A stretch of DNA of 63,804 nt, filler included, from Octopus bimaculoides (GCF_001194135.2; 6 parts of 6 records of this genome joined end to end with filler, not necessarily neighbours in it); one strand, 5' to 3'. Counted from the whole stretch's first letter, positions 11,083 to 23,024 are shown. Notes: a model not told the origin generated them from the letters alone. Translations and numbers: made by a program.

Positions 11083-11570
11083 TTAATGCGCATCCTATGA
11101 TCGGACGGTTGTGGTTGCAGTGGTAGTGGCAGACTGAGCGATGGATCAACACCACTGCATCAACAGCGCCACTCTCAACCACTGCAGTAATCCCAGAATA
11201 TAATCTGTGCTTGTATTCTGGAATACATCTGCAAAATTCCACTCAGAAAATATTCGGTCAGTTGAAGGCCAAAGCATTAAGGAGTGGGTCTGAAACAAGA
11301 GAGCGTGTGATTGTAACATCACCTCCAGATAATGTAATTTAAGAGACAGGATGTGTGGCAAATATATGTATGCTTGTATATATGTATATATATATATAAA
11401 CATAATTAAGGGCTCAGCAACAGTTGCTTCACCACATACCGAAGTTCAGAAATAGCAGCTAATGGTGTTTTCATACCGAAGGGCTTCATAAAAATTATTA
11501 ATTATTAATTTATTAATAAATTGATAATCCTTTACCCTTTTAATTGTATATATATATATATATATATATA

Positions 11571-11787
11571 GGCGCAGGAGTGGCTGTGTGGTAAGTAGCT
11601 TGCTTACCAACCACATGGTTCCGGGTTCAGTCCCACTGCGTGGCACCTTGGGCAAGTGTCTTCTACTAACTATAGCCTCGGGCCGACCAAAGCCTTGTGA
11701 GTGGATTTGGTAGATGGAAACTGAAAGAAGCCCGTCGTATATATGTATATACATATATATGTGTGTATATGTTGTGTATCTGTGTTT
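11571..11787 (+). mobile_element. SINE family B, 5' half, cut by gap
   Basis: GGCGCAGGAGTGGCTGTGTGGTAAG...GTGGCACCTTGGGCAAGTGTCTTCTAC...GAAAGAAGCCCGTCG. Confidence 0.9.
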
Positions 11788-12429
11788 NNNNNNNNNNNNN
11801 NNNNNNNNNNNNNNNNNNNNNNNNNNNNNNNNNNNNNNNNNNNNNNNNNNNNNNNNNNNNNNNNNNNNNNNNNNNNNNNNNNNNNNNNNNNNNNNNNNNN
11901 NNNNNNNNNNNNNNNNNNNNNNNNNNNNNNNNNNNNNNNNNNNNNNNNNNNNNNNNNNNNNNNNNNNNNNNNNNNNNNNNNNNNNNNNNNNNNNNNNNNN
12001 NNNNNNNNNNNNNNNNNNNNNNNNNNNNNNNNNNNNNNNNNNNNNNNNNNNNNNNNNNNNNNNNNNNNNNNNNNNNNNNNNNNNNNNNNNNNNNNNNNNN
12101 NNNNNNNNNNNNNNNNNNNNNNNNNNNNNNNNNNNNNNNNNNNNNNNNNNNNNNNNNNNNNNNNNNNNNNNNNNNNNNNNNNNNNNNNNNNNNNNNNNNN
12201 NNNNNNNNNNNNNNNNNNNNNNNNNNNNNNNNNNNNNNNNNNNNNNNNNNNNNNNNNNNNNNNNNNNNNNNNNNNNNNNNNNNNNNNNNNNNNNNNNNNN
12301 NNNNNNNNNNNNNNNNNNNNNNNNNNNNNNNNNNNNNNNNNNNNNNNNNNNNNNNNNNNNNNNNNNNNNNNNNNNNNNNNNNNNNNNNNNNNNNNNNNNN
12401 NNNNNNNNNNNNNNNNNNNNNNNNNNNNN

Positions 12430-12735
12430 AGTTTCTACAGCTGGATGCCCTTCCTAACGCCAACCACTCAGAGAGTGTAGTAGGTGCTTTTACGTGTCAC
12501 CTGCACGAAGGCCAGTCAGGCGATACTGGCAACGGCCACGCTCGAAATGGTGTCTTTTATGTGCCACCCGCACAAGCCAGTCCAGGGGCACTGGCAACGA
12601 TCTCGCTTGAAAATCCTACGGAGGCCAGTCAGGCGCTACTGGCAACGGCCACGCTCAAAATGGTGCATCTTATGTGCCACCCGCACAAGAGCCAGTCCAG
12701 GGGCACTGGCAACGATCTTACTTGGCTTGCCGGGA
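12430..12735 (-). mobile_element. RTE LINE 3' UTR fragment with ~113-bp internal tandem duplication
   Basis: Reverse complement of 13290-13480; GCCAGTCAGGCG...GGCACTGGCAACGATCT occurs at 12511 and 12624. Confidence 0.85.
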
Positions 12736-13060
12736 TGAATGTTTCTTTATATGATATATTTATATACTATTTAAATTTAGAATTTTAGATTATAATCTTA
12801 GATAAATATTGATATGGTATATGCCTCACAGCATGGATTTGGACGGGTTCTGAGTTGACTGAGTGGTGGTTCGTCTCTAAATTAGTTATATATATACACA
12901 TATATATAAATATATATGTATGTATATATGTGTGTATGTTTGTATGTGTTTATGTATGTATGTATGTGTATGTATGCATGTGTGCATGTATATATGTATG
13001 TTTGTACATATGTATATACATGTGTATGTATGTGTGTATGTATGTTTGTATGTGTGTATG

Positions 13061-13579
13061 TATGCCGTGCTTGAGAAGAAGACCCATCAAGCCAAGTAAA
13101 ATCACAGTCATGGCACCCATGCCAGTGGCACCCATGCCAGTGGCACATAAAAACACATCTCCAAAATCCGTGAGAATGGCACAGTTTTATGGCACAATTT
13201 ATGACACTCATATCACTCGTATCGGGATGGCACCTGTGCCCAGCGTCGCCTTTCTGGCACTTGTGCTCGCAGCATGTGTAACGACTTTCAAGCGAGATCG
13301 TTGCCAGTGCCCCTGGACTGGCTCTTGTGCGGGTGGCACGTAAAATACACCATTTTGAGCGTGGCCATTGCCAGTACCGCCTGACTGGCCTTCGTGCCGG
13401 TGGCACGTAAAAGCACCCACTACACTCTCGGAGTGGTTGGCGTTAGGAAGGGCATCCAGCTGTAGAAACTCTGCCAAATCAGATTGGAGCCTGGTGTAGC
13501 CATCTGGTTTCACCAGTCCTCAGTCAAACCGTCCAACCCATGCTAGCATGGAAAGCGGACGTTAAACGATGATGATGAT
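13061..13579 (+). mobile_element. 5'-truncated RTE LINE: last codons (YAVLEK..HQAK*), 3' UTR, (GAT)n tail
   Basis: TATGCCGTGCTTGAGAAG...CAAGCCAAGTAA matches the ORF end at 21205-21240; ends TTAAACGATGATGATGAT. Confidence 0.85.
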
Positions 13580-13661
13580 ATCACAAACAGTAAAAACCAG
13601 AATTTCTAACCGTCCTGATATCTTACAGAATTTTCCAGAAGTCTCACCCGTTCCTTTGACC

Positions 13662-13811
13662 ATGGATACCAACCCAGAGTTTTCTTCGCAAGAACAGCCT
13701 AGAGAAGGGGATGTGTCTGACTCTCCGGAAGACGATGATGATGCTGCTGCAACCACGACGATCCGTCAAAGAGGTGTGAAAAACTCTGGCACATTTAGTT
13801 TCTTGGCAACG
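13662..13811 (+). CDS. Putative first coding exon (exon 13629-13811) of an unidentified multi-exon gene: MDTNPEFSSQEQPREGDVSDSPEDDDDAAATTTIRQRGVKNSGTFSFLAT
   Basis: TTCTAAC branch motif, TCTTACAG acceptor (13627-28), perfect Kozak ACCATGG, open frame, phase-0 donor ACG|GTAAGT at 13811/12, non-repetitive sequence. Confidence 0.65.
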
Positions 13812-13920
13812 GTAAGTTCTTTGAAATATAATCCATATTTGTTCTATTTATCTCTTCTTCTGGTAATTCTTCCAGACAAGTCCACCTTGGTATTTCATGC
13901 ATAGTGGTGCAATGTTGACA

Positions 13921-14090
13921 AGGCATTGCTGGCTGTGTGGTTAGGATGTTTCCTTTGGAATCATGTGGCTGGTGGTACAGTCCCAATGCATGGACACCCT
14001 TGGCTAGTGACCCCTATTATAGCTGCAGCTTGACCAATACCTTGTGAGTGAAAGTGGTGGCCAGAAACCTGAACAACCCTGTTTTGTATG
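13921..14090 (+). mobile_element. Degenerate SINE family B head
   Basis: TGGCTGTGTGGTTAG...GTACAGTCCCAATGCATGG...CCTTGTGAGTG, followed by microsatellite. Confidence 0.6.
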
Positions 14091-14110
14091 TGTGTGTATA
14101 TATATGTACA

Positions 14111-14153
<43 letters not shown>

Positions 14154-14234
14154 GTATATATATGTATATATATATGTGTGTGTGTATATATATGTATATA
14201 TATATATGTATAAATATGTGTATATATATGCATA

Positions 14235-14275
<41 letters not shown>

Positions 14276-15363
14276 GTATATATATGTGTATATATATGTA
14301 TATATGCGTGTGTGTATATATATGTGTGTGTATATATATGTATATATGTATATATATGTGTATGTATATATATGTGTGTGTATGTGTGTATATATATATG
14401 TGTATNNNNNNNNNNNNNNNNNNNNNNNNNNNNNNNNNNNNNNNNNNNNTTAATTAATTAANNNNNNNNNNNNNNNNNNNNNNNNNNNNNNNNNNNNNNN
14501 NNNNNCATATATATACATAAGCAGTTCACACACACACACATTAACGTGCACACACTAACACGCGTAGATACACACGCGCGCACCCACCACACGCACATAC
14601 AGAAGCGTAGGTTGACTTTCAATTTGCATTGTAATTTTATGTGTGATATGTGTATTTTTGTACAACAGTTATATGTAAATACTGTTGGACTTTTATAAAT
14701 CCCTTTGATACTGAATATTATTTTTAAACAACTAGTTAGTTGGCTTTTTATTCTCTGTATATTTATTGAGTACATTTCGAAGAGACAAACGTTTAATTTT
14801 AGGACTGTGTATATAGAATATTGACCCTTTGTCAGTACATAACTGAGAAGTTTCCGAGTTTCTCAACTATGATACTATGAATAACACAATTACATTTGTA
14901 GTGTTTGAAAATCAATCAGAAAAAAGAATATGTCCGTTATGCAAGGTTATTTTCTTTCGTAGTTTTAAGATTTCATCCCTTCACCTTTTCCGTTCTTTTA
15001 ACAGATTTGTTTCCCAAAATGAATTCCGGAATAAATATTTACGGGACCCAAATTAATTTACTATTCTTACTTTATTGACTTCCCCACAATTTGAAATGAC
15101 TAGCAAGACAAAAGAAAGGTAGAAAGGAATACAAAAAGAGGGAGAGATAAACAAGACTGCCTCGGTACCTAATTTTCCTGTTCTAGAATGATGTCCGCAT
15201 GTTTCTATGGATGTCCACTGCGGAACCGTTTGCAGCCGGGTTCGATTTCACTTCATTCCACGTCGTTAATAATTTTTGAGGGAACTTTGAAGTTTGGTAA
15301 TCGTGCTACCCTGCGGGTACATACATACAGACACCCATGTATGGTTGTTAATATATATATATA

Positions 15364-15700
15364 TTTCAGGGGCCCACAGCTTGGGTTTCAGGGGCCCACA
15401 GCTGGGTTTCAAGGGCCCACAGCTGTTTAATATTCTCCCAAAGAGCCTGAGGAACCTGCACAATGTAGATGTAGGGGTTTTAAAATCAAAGCTGGACCTC
15501 TTCCTGTCGAGAGTCCCAGATGAACCTACCTCACGGCAAGAAGTGCAAATGAGGGTTGCTAAAGCAAACTCCATTCTTCACCAAATGCCACATATTGTAG
15601 GAGGCTCCCTGTAATAACAGTGTAACAACACGGCGGTGCATCAGCATGGCCGCAGCTCTAAGCTGAAACTATATAAAAGATAAAAGATATAAAAGATATA
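15364..15700 (+). mobile_element. 5'-truncated CR1/L2-group LINE: ORF2 C-terminus plus 3' tail
   Basis: GFKGPQLFNILPKSLRNLHNVDVGVLKSKLDLFLSRVPDEP...ANSILHQM* (stop 15612-14), then GGCGGTGCATCAGCATGGCCGCAGCTCTAAGCTGAAAC and (TAAAAGA)n. Clade assignment from motif recall. Confidence 0.75.
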
Positions 15701-15800
15701 TATATATATATATATATATNNNNNNNNNNNNNNNNNNNNNNNNNNNNNNNNNNNNNNNNNNNNNNNNNNNNNNNNNNNNNNNGTGTGTGTGTGTGTGTGT

Positions 15801-15954
15801 GTGGCTCAGAGGTTAGAGCGTCGAGATTACGATCGTGAGGTTGTGAGTTCGAATCCCGGACCGGGCTGTGTGTTGTGTTCTTGAGCAAGACACTTTATTT
15901 CACGTTGCTCCAGTTCACTCAGCTGTAGAAATGAGTTGCGACGTCACAGGTGCC
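15801..15954 (+). mobile_element. SINE family A (head plus CORE-like block)
   Basis: GTGGCTCAGAGGTTAGAGCG...GAGTTCGAATCCCGGACCGGGC...CTTGAGCAAGACACTTTATTTCACG...CTCAGCTGTAGAAATGAG. Confidence 0.85.
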
Positions 15955-16020
15955 ATCCTATAAAACAATGTCTGTCACAGTTGACTAGTTTTCAGAATAC
16001 ACTCAGGAGGTGGAGAGAAT

Positions 16021-16419
16021 TTGGAAGCTCGCTATGCATTAAAGTTTTGTGTCAAACTAGGCATTTATAAAATGTTCCAGACTGCTTATGGATACATTAG
16101 TAGGCACTGAACATCTGTCTTTCACTACCACAAGAGGCAAAGCAAACTGGTCTACCGGAAGGGTCATGATGATCCCTTTTTCAACAGCAAGAGCATCGTC
16201 TACGTCCACTGGGTTCAGTCTGGCTAGACGGTCAATCGTGTACTATGTGGAGGTTTCGAGAGAGTTCAGGGAGAGTGATTTAGTCGCAGAAGGCTCGATT
16301 ACCTGCTCCAAGACTATGCACCGATCTTCGATTCCATCTTGGTGACCAACTACTTGACAAAGATTGTCATCGAACCTGTCCCTCGACCTCCCTACAATCC
16401 AAACCGTGCTCCTTCTGAT
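16021..16419 (+). pseudogene. Internally deleted, frameshifted mariner transposase remnant
   Basis: Fragments LEARYALKFCVKLG, YKMFQTAYG, STGRVMMIPF, IVYVHWVQSG*TVN, YYVEV, ILVTNYLTK, PRPPYNPNRAPSD (mariner YSPDLAPxD motif). Confidence 0.85.
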
Positions 16420-16553
16420 GAAACGAGTAAGCGTCTCTCCTGAAAAATTTCACAGCTTTGGAATATACCTTATACACTCACATATACATACATACATACA
16501 TACATACATACATACATACATACATACATACATACATACATAAGTACATGCGT

Positions 16554-16641
<88 letters not shown>

Positions 16642-16859
16642 ACACACAAATATATGTGTGTGTGTTTGTATGCACGTGTTTATGTATGCATGTACATTTT
16701 CTGTACATGTTTCAGCCATTAGACTGCGGCTATGCTGGAGCATCACTTTGAAGAAATTTAAGCGAACGAATCGATCCGAGTACGTTTTTTTTTTTATATA
16801 TAAAAAGCTACATACCATTGATTCTGTTAGTTTGTTACCTTACATATAACAATAATTCT

Positions 16860-17008
16860 TTCTACTATAACCATAAGGTTTAAATTTTCGAGGTTGGGGT
16901 AAGTCGATTACATCAACTCTAGTAAATTTGAACTCAGAACATAAAGACAGACGAAACACCACAAAGCCTTTTGTACGGAGTGGCAACGACTCTCTCAGCT
17001 CGCCATCT
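16860..17008 (-). mobile_element. Degenerate SINE family C
   Basis: AAATTTGAACTCAGAACATAAAGACAGACGAAACACC...CAGCTCGCCATCTT. Confidence 0.65.
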
Positions 17009-17928
17009 TACATGTGTAGTATATTGTATAATGTAATACATATGTATGCACACACGTGCAACACACTCTCACACACAGACACACAGACAAACACTCACAC
17101 ACACAAGCATGCACACATATGTTTGTGTGTATGTATATATATATATATATATATACTTGTAAAACATTTTCACGTATTCACATTTTACTGTCATTGTCAA
17201 TGCTTATGTAAGCAAAATGTTTCACAAAAAGGAATCACAAAACAGTACCTAAACTACATCAATTGTATTTCACAAATAAATTAGAAAAAAATTAGGGATA
17301 AGACCAGCGTTAACAGTCACCTGTTGCCGACCCTTGCCCTAAGTGAAATTTACATTATATAAATACAAAATATAAAATAAAAACAAGACTATTAGTATTA
17401 TAGATGACAGGTGGAAACTATGATAATTGGTGTGCTCTGCGCCCAAAATATTTAAATACAACAAAAACTTCAGACAAAGCACATGTTACCTAGTGTAATT
17501 ATTTTCTCTAAGTTTACACAGAATAATCATGCCATGCGCTACGCGCTCTAACACAAAAGTGTATTGATTACATTTGTGTGTAATGTAGAAAAAACAAAAG
17601 TGATAATTGCACTGTATTTACATTAAATTATTGAATTAACATGTTAAGTCATATTTCTCACCTTCAGATTATACTATCTAAACCAGAGTAATCCAAAAAG
17701 AGATATCACAAACTAACCTAGAATTCTTAACAATTCCAGTAAGTCTCTAACCTAAAATAATTCTACAAATAAATACCACGAACCATTGATGCAGGCGTAG
17801 GTGTGTGATAAAAAAATTGGCACCTTCAGCAGGTGTCTTCTACTATAGCCTCGGTCTAACCAAAGCCTTGTAAATGCATTTGATAGACGGAAACTTAAAA
17901 CAAAAGAATAGTCGTGTACATATGTATG

Positions 17929-17967
<39 letters not shown>

Positions 17968-19011
17968 NNNNNNNNNNNNNNNNNNNNNNNNNNNNNNNNN
18001 NNNNNNNNNNNNNNNNNNNNNNNNNNNNNNNNNNNNNNNNNNNNNNNNNNNNNNNNNNNNNNNNNNNNNNNNNNNNNNNNNNNNNNNNNNNNNNNNNNNN
18101 NNNNNNNNNNNNNNNNNNNNNNNNNNNNNNNNNNNNNNNNNNNNNNNNNNNNNNNNNNNNNNNNNNNNNNNNNNNNNNNNNNNNNNNNNNNNNNNNNNNN
18201 NNNNNNNNNNNNNNNNNNNNNNNNNNNNNNNNNNNNNNNNNNNNNNNNNNNNNNNNNNNNNNNNNNNNNNNNNNNNNNNNNNNNNNNNNNNNNNNNNNNN
18301 NNNNNNNNNNNNNNNNNNNNNNNNNNNNNNNNNNNNNNNNNNNNNNNNNNNNNNNNNNNNNNNNNNNNNNNNNNNNNNNNNNNNNNNNNNNNNNNNNNNN
18401 NNNNNNNNNNNNNNNNNNNNNNNNNNNNNNNNNNNNNNNNNNNNNNNNNNNNNNNNNNNNNNNNNNNNNNNNNNNNNNNNNNNNNNNNNNNNNNNNNNNN
18501 NNNNNNNNNNNNNNNNNNNNNNNNNNNNNNNNNNNNNNNNNNNNNNNNNNNNNNNNNNNNNNNNNNNNNNNNNNNNNNNNNNNNNNNNNNNNNNNNNNNN
18601 NNNNNNNNNNNNNNNNNNNNNNNNNNNNNNNNNNNNNNNNNNNNNNNNNNNNNNNNNNNNNNNNNNNNNNNNNNNNNNNNNNNNNNNNNNNNNNNNNNNN
18701 NNNNNNNNNNNNNNNNNNNNNNNNNNNNNNNNNNNNNNNNNNNNNNNNNNNNNNNNNNNNNNNNNNNNNNNNNNNNNNNNNNNNNNNNNNNNNNNNNNNN
18801 NNNNNNNNNNNNNNNNNNNNNNNNNNNNNNNNNNNNNNNNNNNNNNNNNNNNNNNNNNNNNNNNNNNNNNNNNNNNNNNNNNNNNNNNNNNNNNNNNNNN
18901 NNNNNNNNNNNNNNNNNNNNNNNNNTAAGGATAAGATCGCTATTTTAAATACCGATCAAATCAAGTGGCTGCATGAGAAGAAAAAATTCATATGGGTTAT
19001 AATTAAAATTA

Positions 19012-19311
19012 TGAATAAGGATATCCAAGAGATATCACCATGCTCGAAATAGCAGTCAAATCCTAACTCTAAAACCACATCAAGTGTTCAATACAGCACA
19101 AGGTGAAAAGACAAATAACCTAGTAAAAATATCATAACTCCAGACCCTGGGATCCGGCTCTGTGTAAAAACACTTTGCCTTCGTCAATGAAATAAACCAA
19201 GAAGTATACATAATTACATATATATTTCTTTTTGAACACTTGATGTGGTTTTAGAATCAAGTTTTCGCTGCTATTTCAAGCAAGGTGATATCTCTTAGAT
19301 ACCCTTATTTA
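19012..19311. repeat. Inverted repeat: ~80-bp arms (19012-19091 / 19232-19311), ~140-bp spacer
   Basis: AAGAGATATCACCATGCTCGAAATAGCAG...CTAAAACCACATCAAGTGTTCAA vs its reverse complement; about 10 mismatches in 71 bp. Confidence 0.85.
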
Positions 19312-20109
19312 TTATTTTACATATATATATCATGATATCCGGGTCTAAACTTTGTAGGATACTGTTTAAAGTACGTCCACAGTTATTGGCTACCTGATAT
19401 CAAATTCAGTAATAATGCATAAGCTACTGGATTTACTTCAGGAATTCCTTGGTGTATGTGGAGATTATATAATTAGATCACACATAGAAAATGAAATTCA
19501 CGGGATTCTATATTCAAATTTACTGTGATTGTTTCGACTCATCCTGTTTTCTTGCATCTGTGCCTCATTGGTAAGATGCATCACATACATGGCATACATG
19601 GCATAGGCGAGATGCATCATATAAATGGCATACATGATATCATGTACTTTTCATACTTTTATGTTTATATTTGTTTATATTTTTATAAGTCTATTTCTTT
19701 GTACTATTTTTTTGAAGTAAAAGTCTGTCTTCTCTGAGTTTCTTATGAAAAGTCTTAGAATATAGCAGACTTCCTAAAAATATATCTTACCAATGTTGGG
19801 TGAAATGGAGAGAAGAATGAGTGAGGTACTAGTTTAAAAAGTCACCTGAGGAGATGCAATCTGTACTTGTGATGCAAGACAATTGTACAACATCTCACCT
19901 GTGAGGTACAAATCCACTTGTAGTGGATTTGAATAAAGAGTCTCGCGAATTCCATTTGCTGCCTCTGATCGATCTACCTGTGTGTGTGTGCGCGCGGGGG
20001 CTTTTCTGTGTGTGCGTGTGTGAGAGTGAGTGTGTGTGTGCGTGCGTGGTGCATGTGCATGCGTGTGCGTGTGTGTGTCTGTGTGTGCCTTTGTGTTTGT
20101 ATTCGACTC

Positions 20110-20302
20110 TCACCATCGCTTGAAAACGGAGTTTAGTGTGTTTACGTAAGTTAGCGCTTCGGCACAAGACACCGATAGAGTAAATAAGTATCAGAGTTAA
20201 AGAAAGGGATGGAGTCGATTTGATGGATTAAAATTCTTCAAGGAAATGTCCCAGCATGACCGCAGTCTAATGACTGAAACACTTTAAAGATAAAAGATAA
20301 AA
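20110..20302 (+). mobile_element. SINE family B 3' half
   Basis: CATCGCTTGAAAAC...TTAGCGCTTCGGC...CCCAGCATGACCGCAGTCTAATGACTGAAAC (TAAAAGA)n. Confidence 0.7.
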
Positions 20303-21090
20303 GCAACTATCAGAATCCAATACTAAAATTTATAAACTACCAAACGAACAAAAATATAATGCGTTATTTAGATAGCCTTAGAATTACAAACAACTAAAAA
20401 ATAAACTTAACAAAACCTGGAATTTCCTCTTCAGCAGCCTAACGGAAATCAACGTGATTTCGACACCTATAACCAATATCACTACTTCAGTCAGTGTGAA
20501 ATGGCCTCAGAAAAATTTAATTTAACGCTACTTGAGAATATACAAACCAGTCATAATTACAAACTTAACCGACTATAACCTGATTAATATTATTTAAAAT
20601 ACATTTCAATAACAAAATGATTCAATTAACAACAATGCAAATAGAAATCAAATTAATCAACATAGATACACTAAAATCAATTATAACACGAACACATACA
20701 GAAAGTGATACCTATGTATGGCTAATGAGTAACGAATGACTAACAAACTATGAGCACTTTATGTCCAAATACACACAATTCTAAATCAGATATGGCTTTC
20801 GATTGAACCACAACGTAAGGTAGTATAGACACAACTCAAACATCTCTTTATAACTGTTAACATAAAACTGAATTATTGTTATATATCTCCTGCATGTTCT
20901 ATGCACCCCACCCAAAGAAGAAAACGGAGTCGCTCTAAATGTTGCAGAAGTGGAATTATCATCTAATGAGAAGCGCGTGACAGGATACATATATTGATCA
21001 TTCGTGACCGTTGTCTCTCACCCTAACCCATAGCATCACTATTTGACCCGGCCGTAAAGCCATTTCTTAGCAAATTGTGTAATTCTATAA

Positions 21091-21832
21091 TTCCACGCAT
21101 GTGGAAGAGGTAGACCCAGGAAAATCTGGGATGTGGTGGTGAAGCACGACCTTCGAACGTTGAGCCTTACCGAGGCAATGACTAGTGACCGAGACTATTG
21201 GAGATATGCTGTGCTTGAGAAGATACGACAAGCCAAGTGAGACCATAGCCCATGGCCTATGCCAGTGGGTGTAACCAGCCCACTTATGAATAACCCTCAT
21301 TCATTGAACAATAGACTTTGCTTGCGAAGACCTATTGAGGCAAGTGAAATCAAAATCAAAATCGCTGACGTGGTCGATATGACAGTACCACCCGATTGGT
21401 ACTCGTGCCAGTAGAACGTTAAAAGCATATCCGAACGTGGGTTGTAACCAGCCCACTTATGAGTACCCCTTATTCACTGGACAATAAACTTTGTTTGCAA
21501 AGACCTACTGAGGCAAGTGAAATCAAATCAAAATCGCTGACGTGGCCGATGACAGTACCGCCTGATTGGCATTCGTGCCAGTGGAACGTTAAAAGCACTA
21601 TTCGAGCGTGATCGTTGCTAGCGTCGCCTTACCGGCACATGTGCCGCTGGCACGTGAAAACAACATTCGAGCGTGGTTGTTCCCAGTACCGCCGGAGTGG
21701 CTCCCGTGCAGGTAGCATGTAAAAACACCTTCTGAGCGTGGTCGTAGCCAGAACCGCCTGACTGGCCTTCGTGCCAGTACACTCTGGGAGTGGTTGGCGT
21801 TAGGAAGGGCATCCAGCTGTAGAAACTTTGCT
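21091..21832 (+). mobile_element. RTE-clade LINE fragment: ORF C-terminus plus long 3' UTR with ~173-bp tandem duplication
   Basis: CGRGRPRKIWDVVVKHDLRTLSLTEAMTSDRDYWRYAVLEKIRQAK* (stop 21238-40), the canonical RTE GRPRKxW...DRxxWR end; GTAACCAGCCCACTTATGA recurs at 21271 and 21444. Confidence 0.9.
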
Positions 21833-22269
21833 GATCTCAAACTAAAACAAATAACTAGACAGCTCAATCTTGAAATAGTGAATATTTTTCCACCGTTTAT
21901 AAACGGAACGACAATACAGCGAGATATTATCCATTTTCTGTCAGCAGAAATAATTTCATAAAGACAATTATCGTACATAATCAGAAGAACAACTACTTCT
22001 GAAAGCGATATTATTAACTGCGGTATAAACAAACAATTGACAGGTCTTGAACAATAAAAATCAAACTGACAAGAGTCTCTTCAAGGTATGACTTCTATAC
22101 AGTCTAGTTCATTTTGTATAGTCTCAGCAAGTACACGTGCGTGAAACTCTGAGTGGCAACAGAGTGAATCTGAAACTGATTTCTAATAAATATAAGCATA
22201 TAAACTCTATGTGATATGCGTTTGTTTCATTTGTAAATCAAAACAATTGTATACGCTTATATATAGTTA

Positions 22270-22331
<62 letters not shown>

Positions 22332-22975
22332 CCTATTTATCTATCTATCTATTCCAAGACAGGAAAACAAAACGGTGAAATAAACAAACAGAAAAGGCTA
22401 TACAGCCAGACGTGGTGGAGAAGTATGTGTATATTGAACGCTGTGAAGCACGAACTGGAGAGGCGAAGATGTGCGTGCGAAGGTTGGGGAGTCCAAGACC
22501 GAAAAAAATAGCAACTGGACACATGTGACCAGCGAGGGGTAGGGAGAAAGAGTGATAGAGGGAGAAGAAGGAGAGGAAGTAGAATATAAGTGAGCAACGA
22601 GAGGTAGAGAGAGAGAGAGATAGTTGTGACGGGGAGAGGCGAAGGACGAGCAACGATATATANNNNNNNNNNNNNNNNNNNNNNNNNNNNNNNNNNNNNN
22701 NNNNNNNNNNNNNNNNNNNNNNNNNNNNNNNNNNNNNNNNNNNNNNNNNNNNNNNNNNNNNNNNNNNNNNNNNNNNNNNNNNNNNNNNNNNNNNNNNNNN
22801 NNNNNNNNNNNNNNNNNNNNNNNNNNNNNNNNNNNNNNNNNNNNNNNNNNNNNNNNNNNNNNNNNNNNNNNNNNNNNNNNNNNNNNNNNNNNNNNNNNNN
22901 NNNNNNNNNNNNNNNNNNNNNNNNNNNNNNNNNNTATATATACATATATATATATTAATTTATCACTTTCTGTCA

Positions 22976-23024
<49 letters not shown>

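Noticed and set aside
12882-13513. ORFs of 101-174 aa (also at 12484 and 21598)
   Set aside because: Incidental open frames in the GC-rich RTE 3' UTR and microsatellite.
14450-14461. TTAATTAATTAA flanked by N runs, recurring at 27051, 35973, 52155 and 60105
   Set aside because: Artificial scaffolding linker (stops in all frames) centred in a 100-bp N spacer; not biological.
15801-15872. tRNA-like sequences with A and B boxes (also at 70-140, 5360-5432 and 26361-26430)
   Set aside because: No proper acceptor stem or cloverleaf, and each continues into SINE body sequence; these are SINE heads, not tRNA genes.
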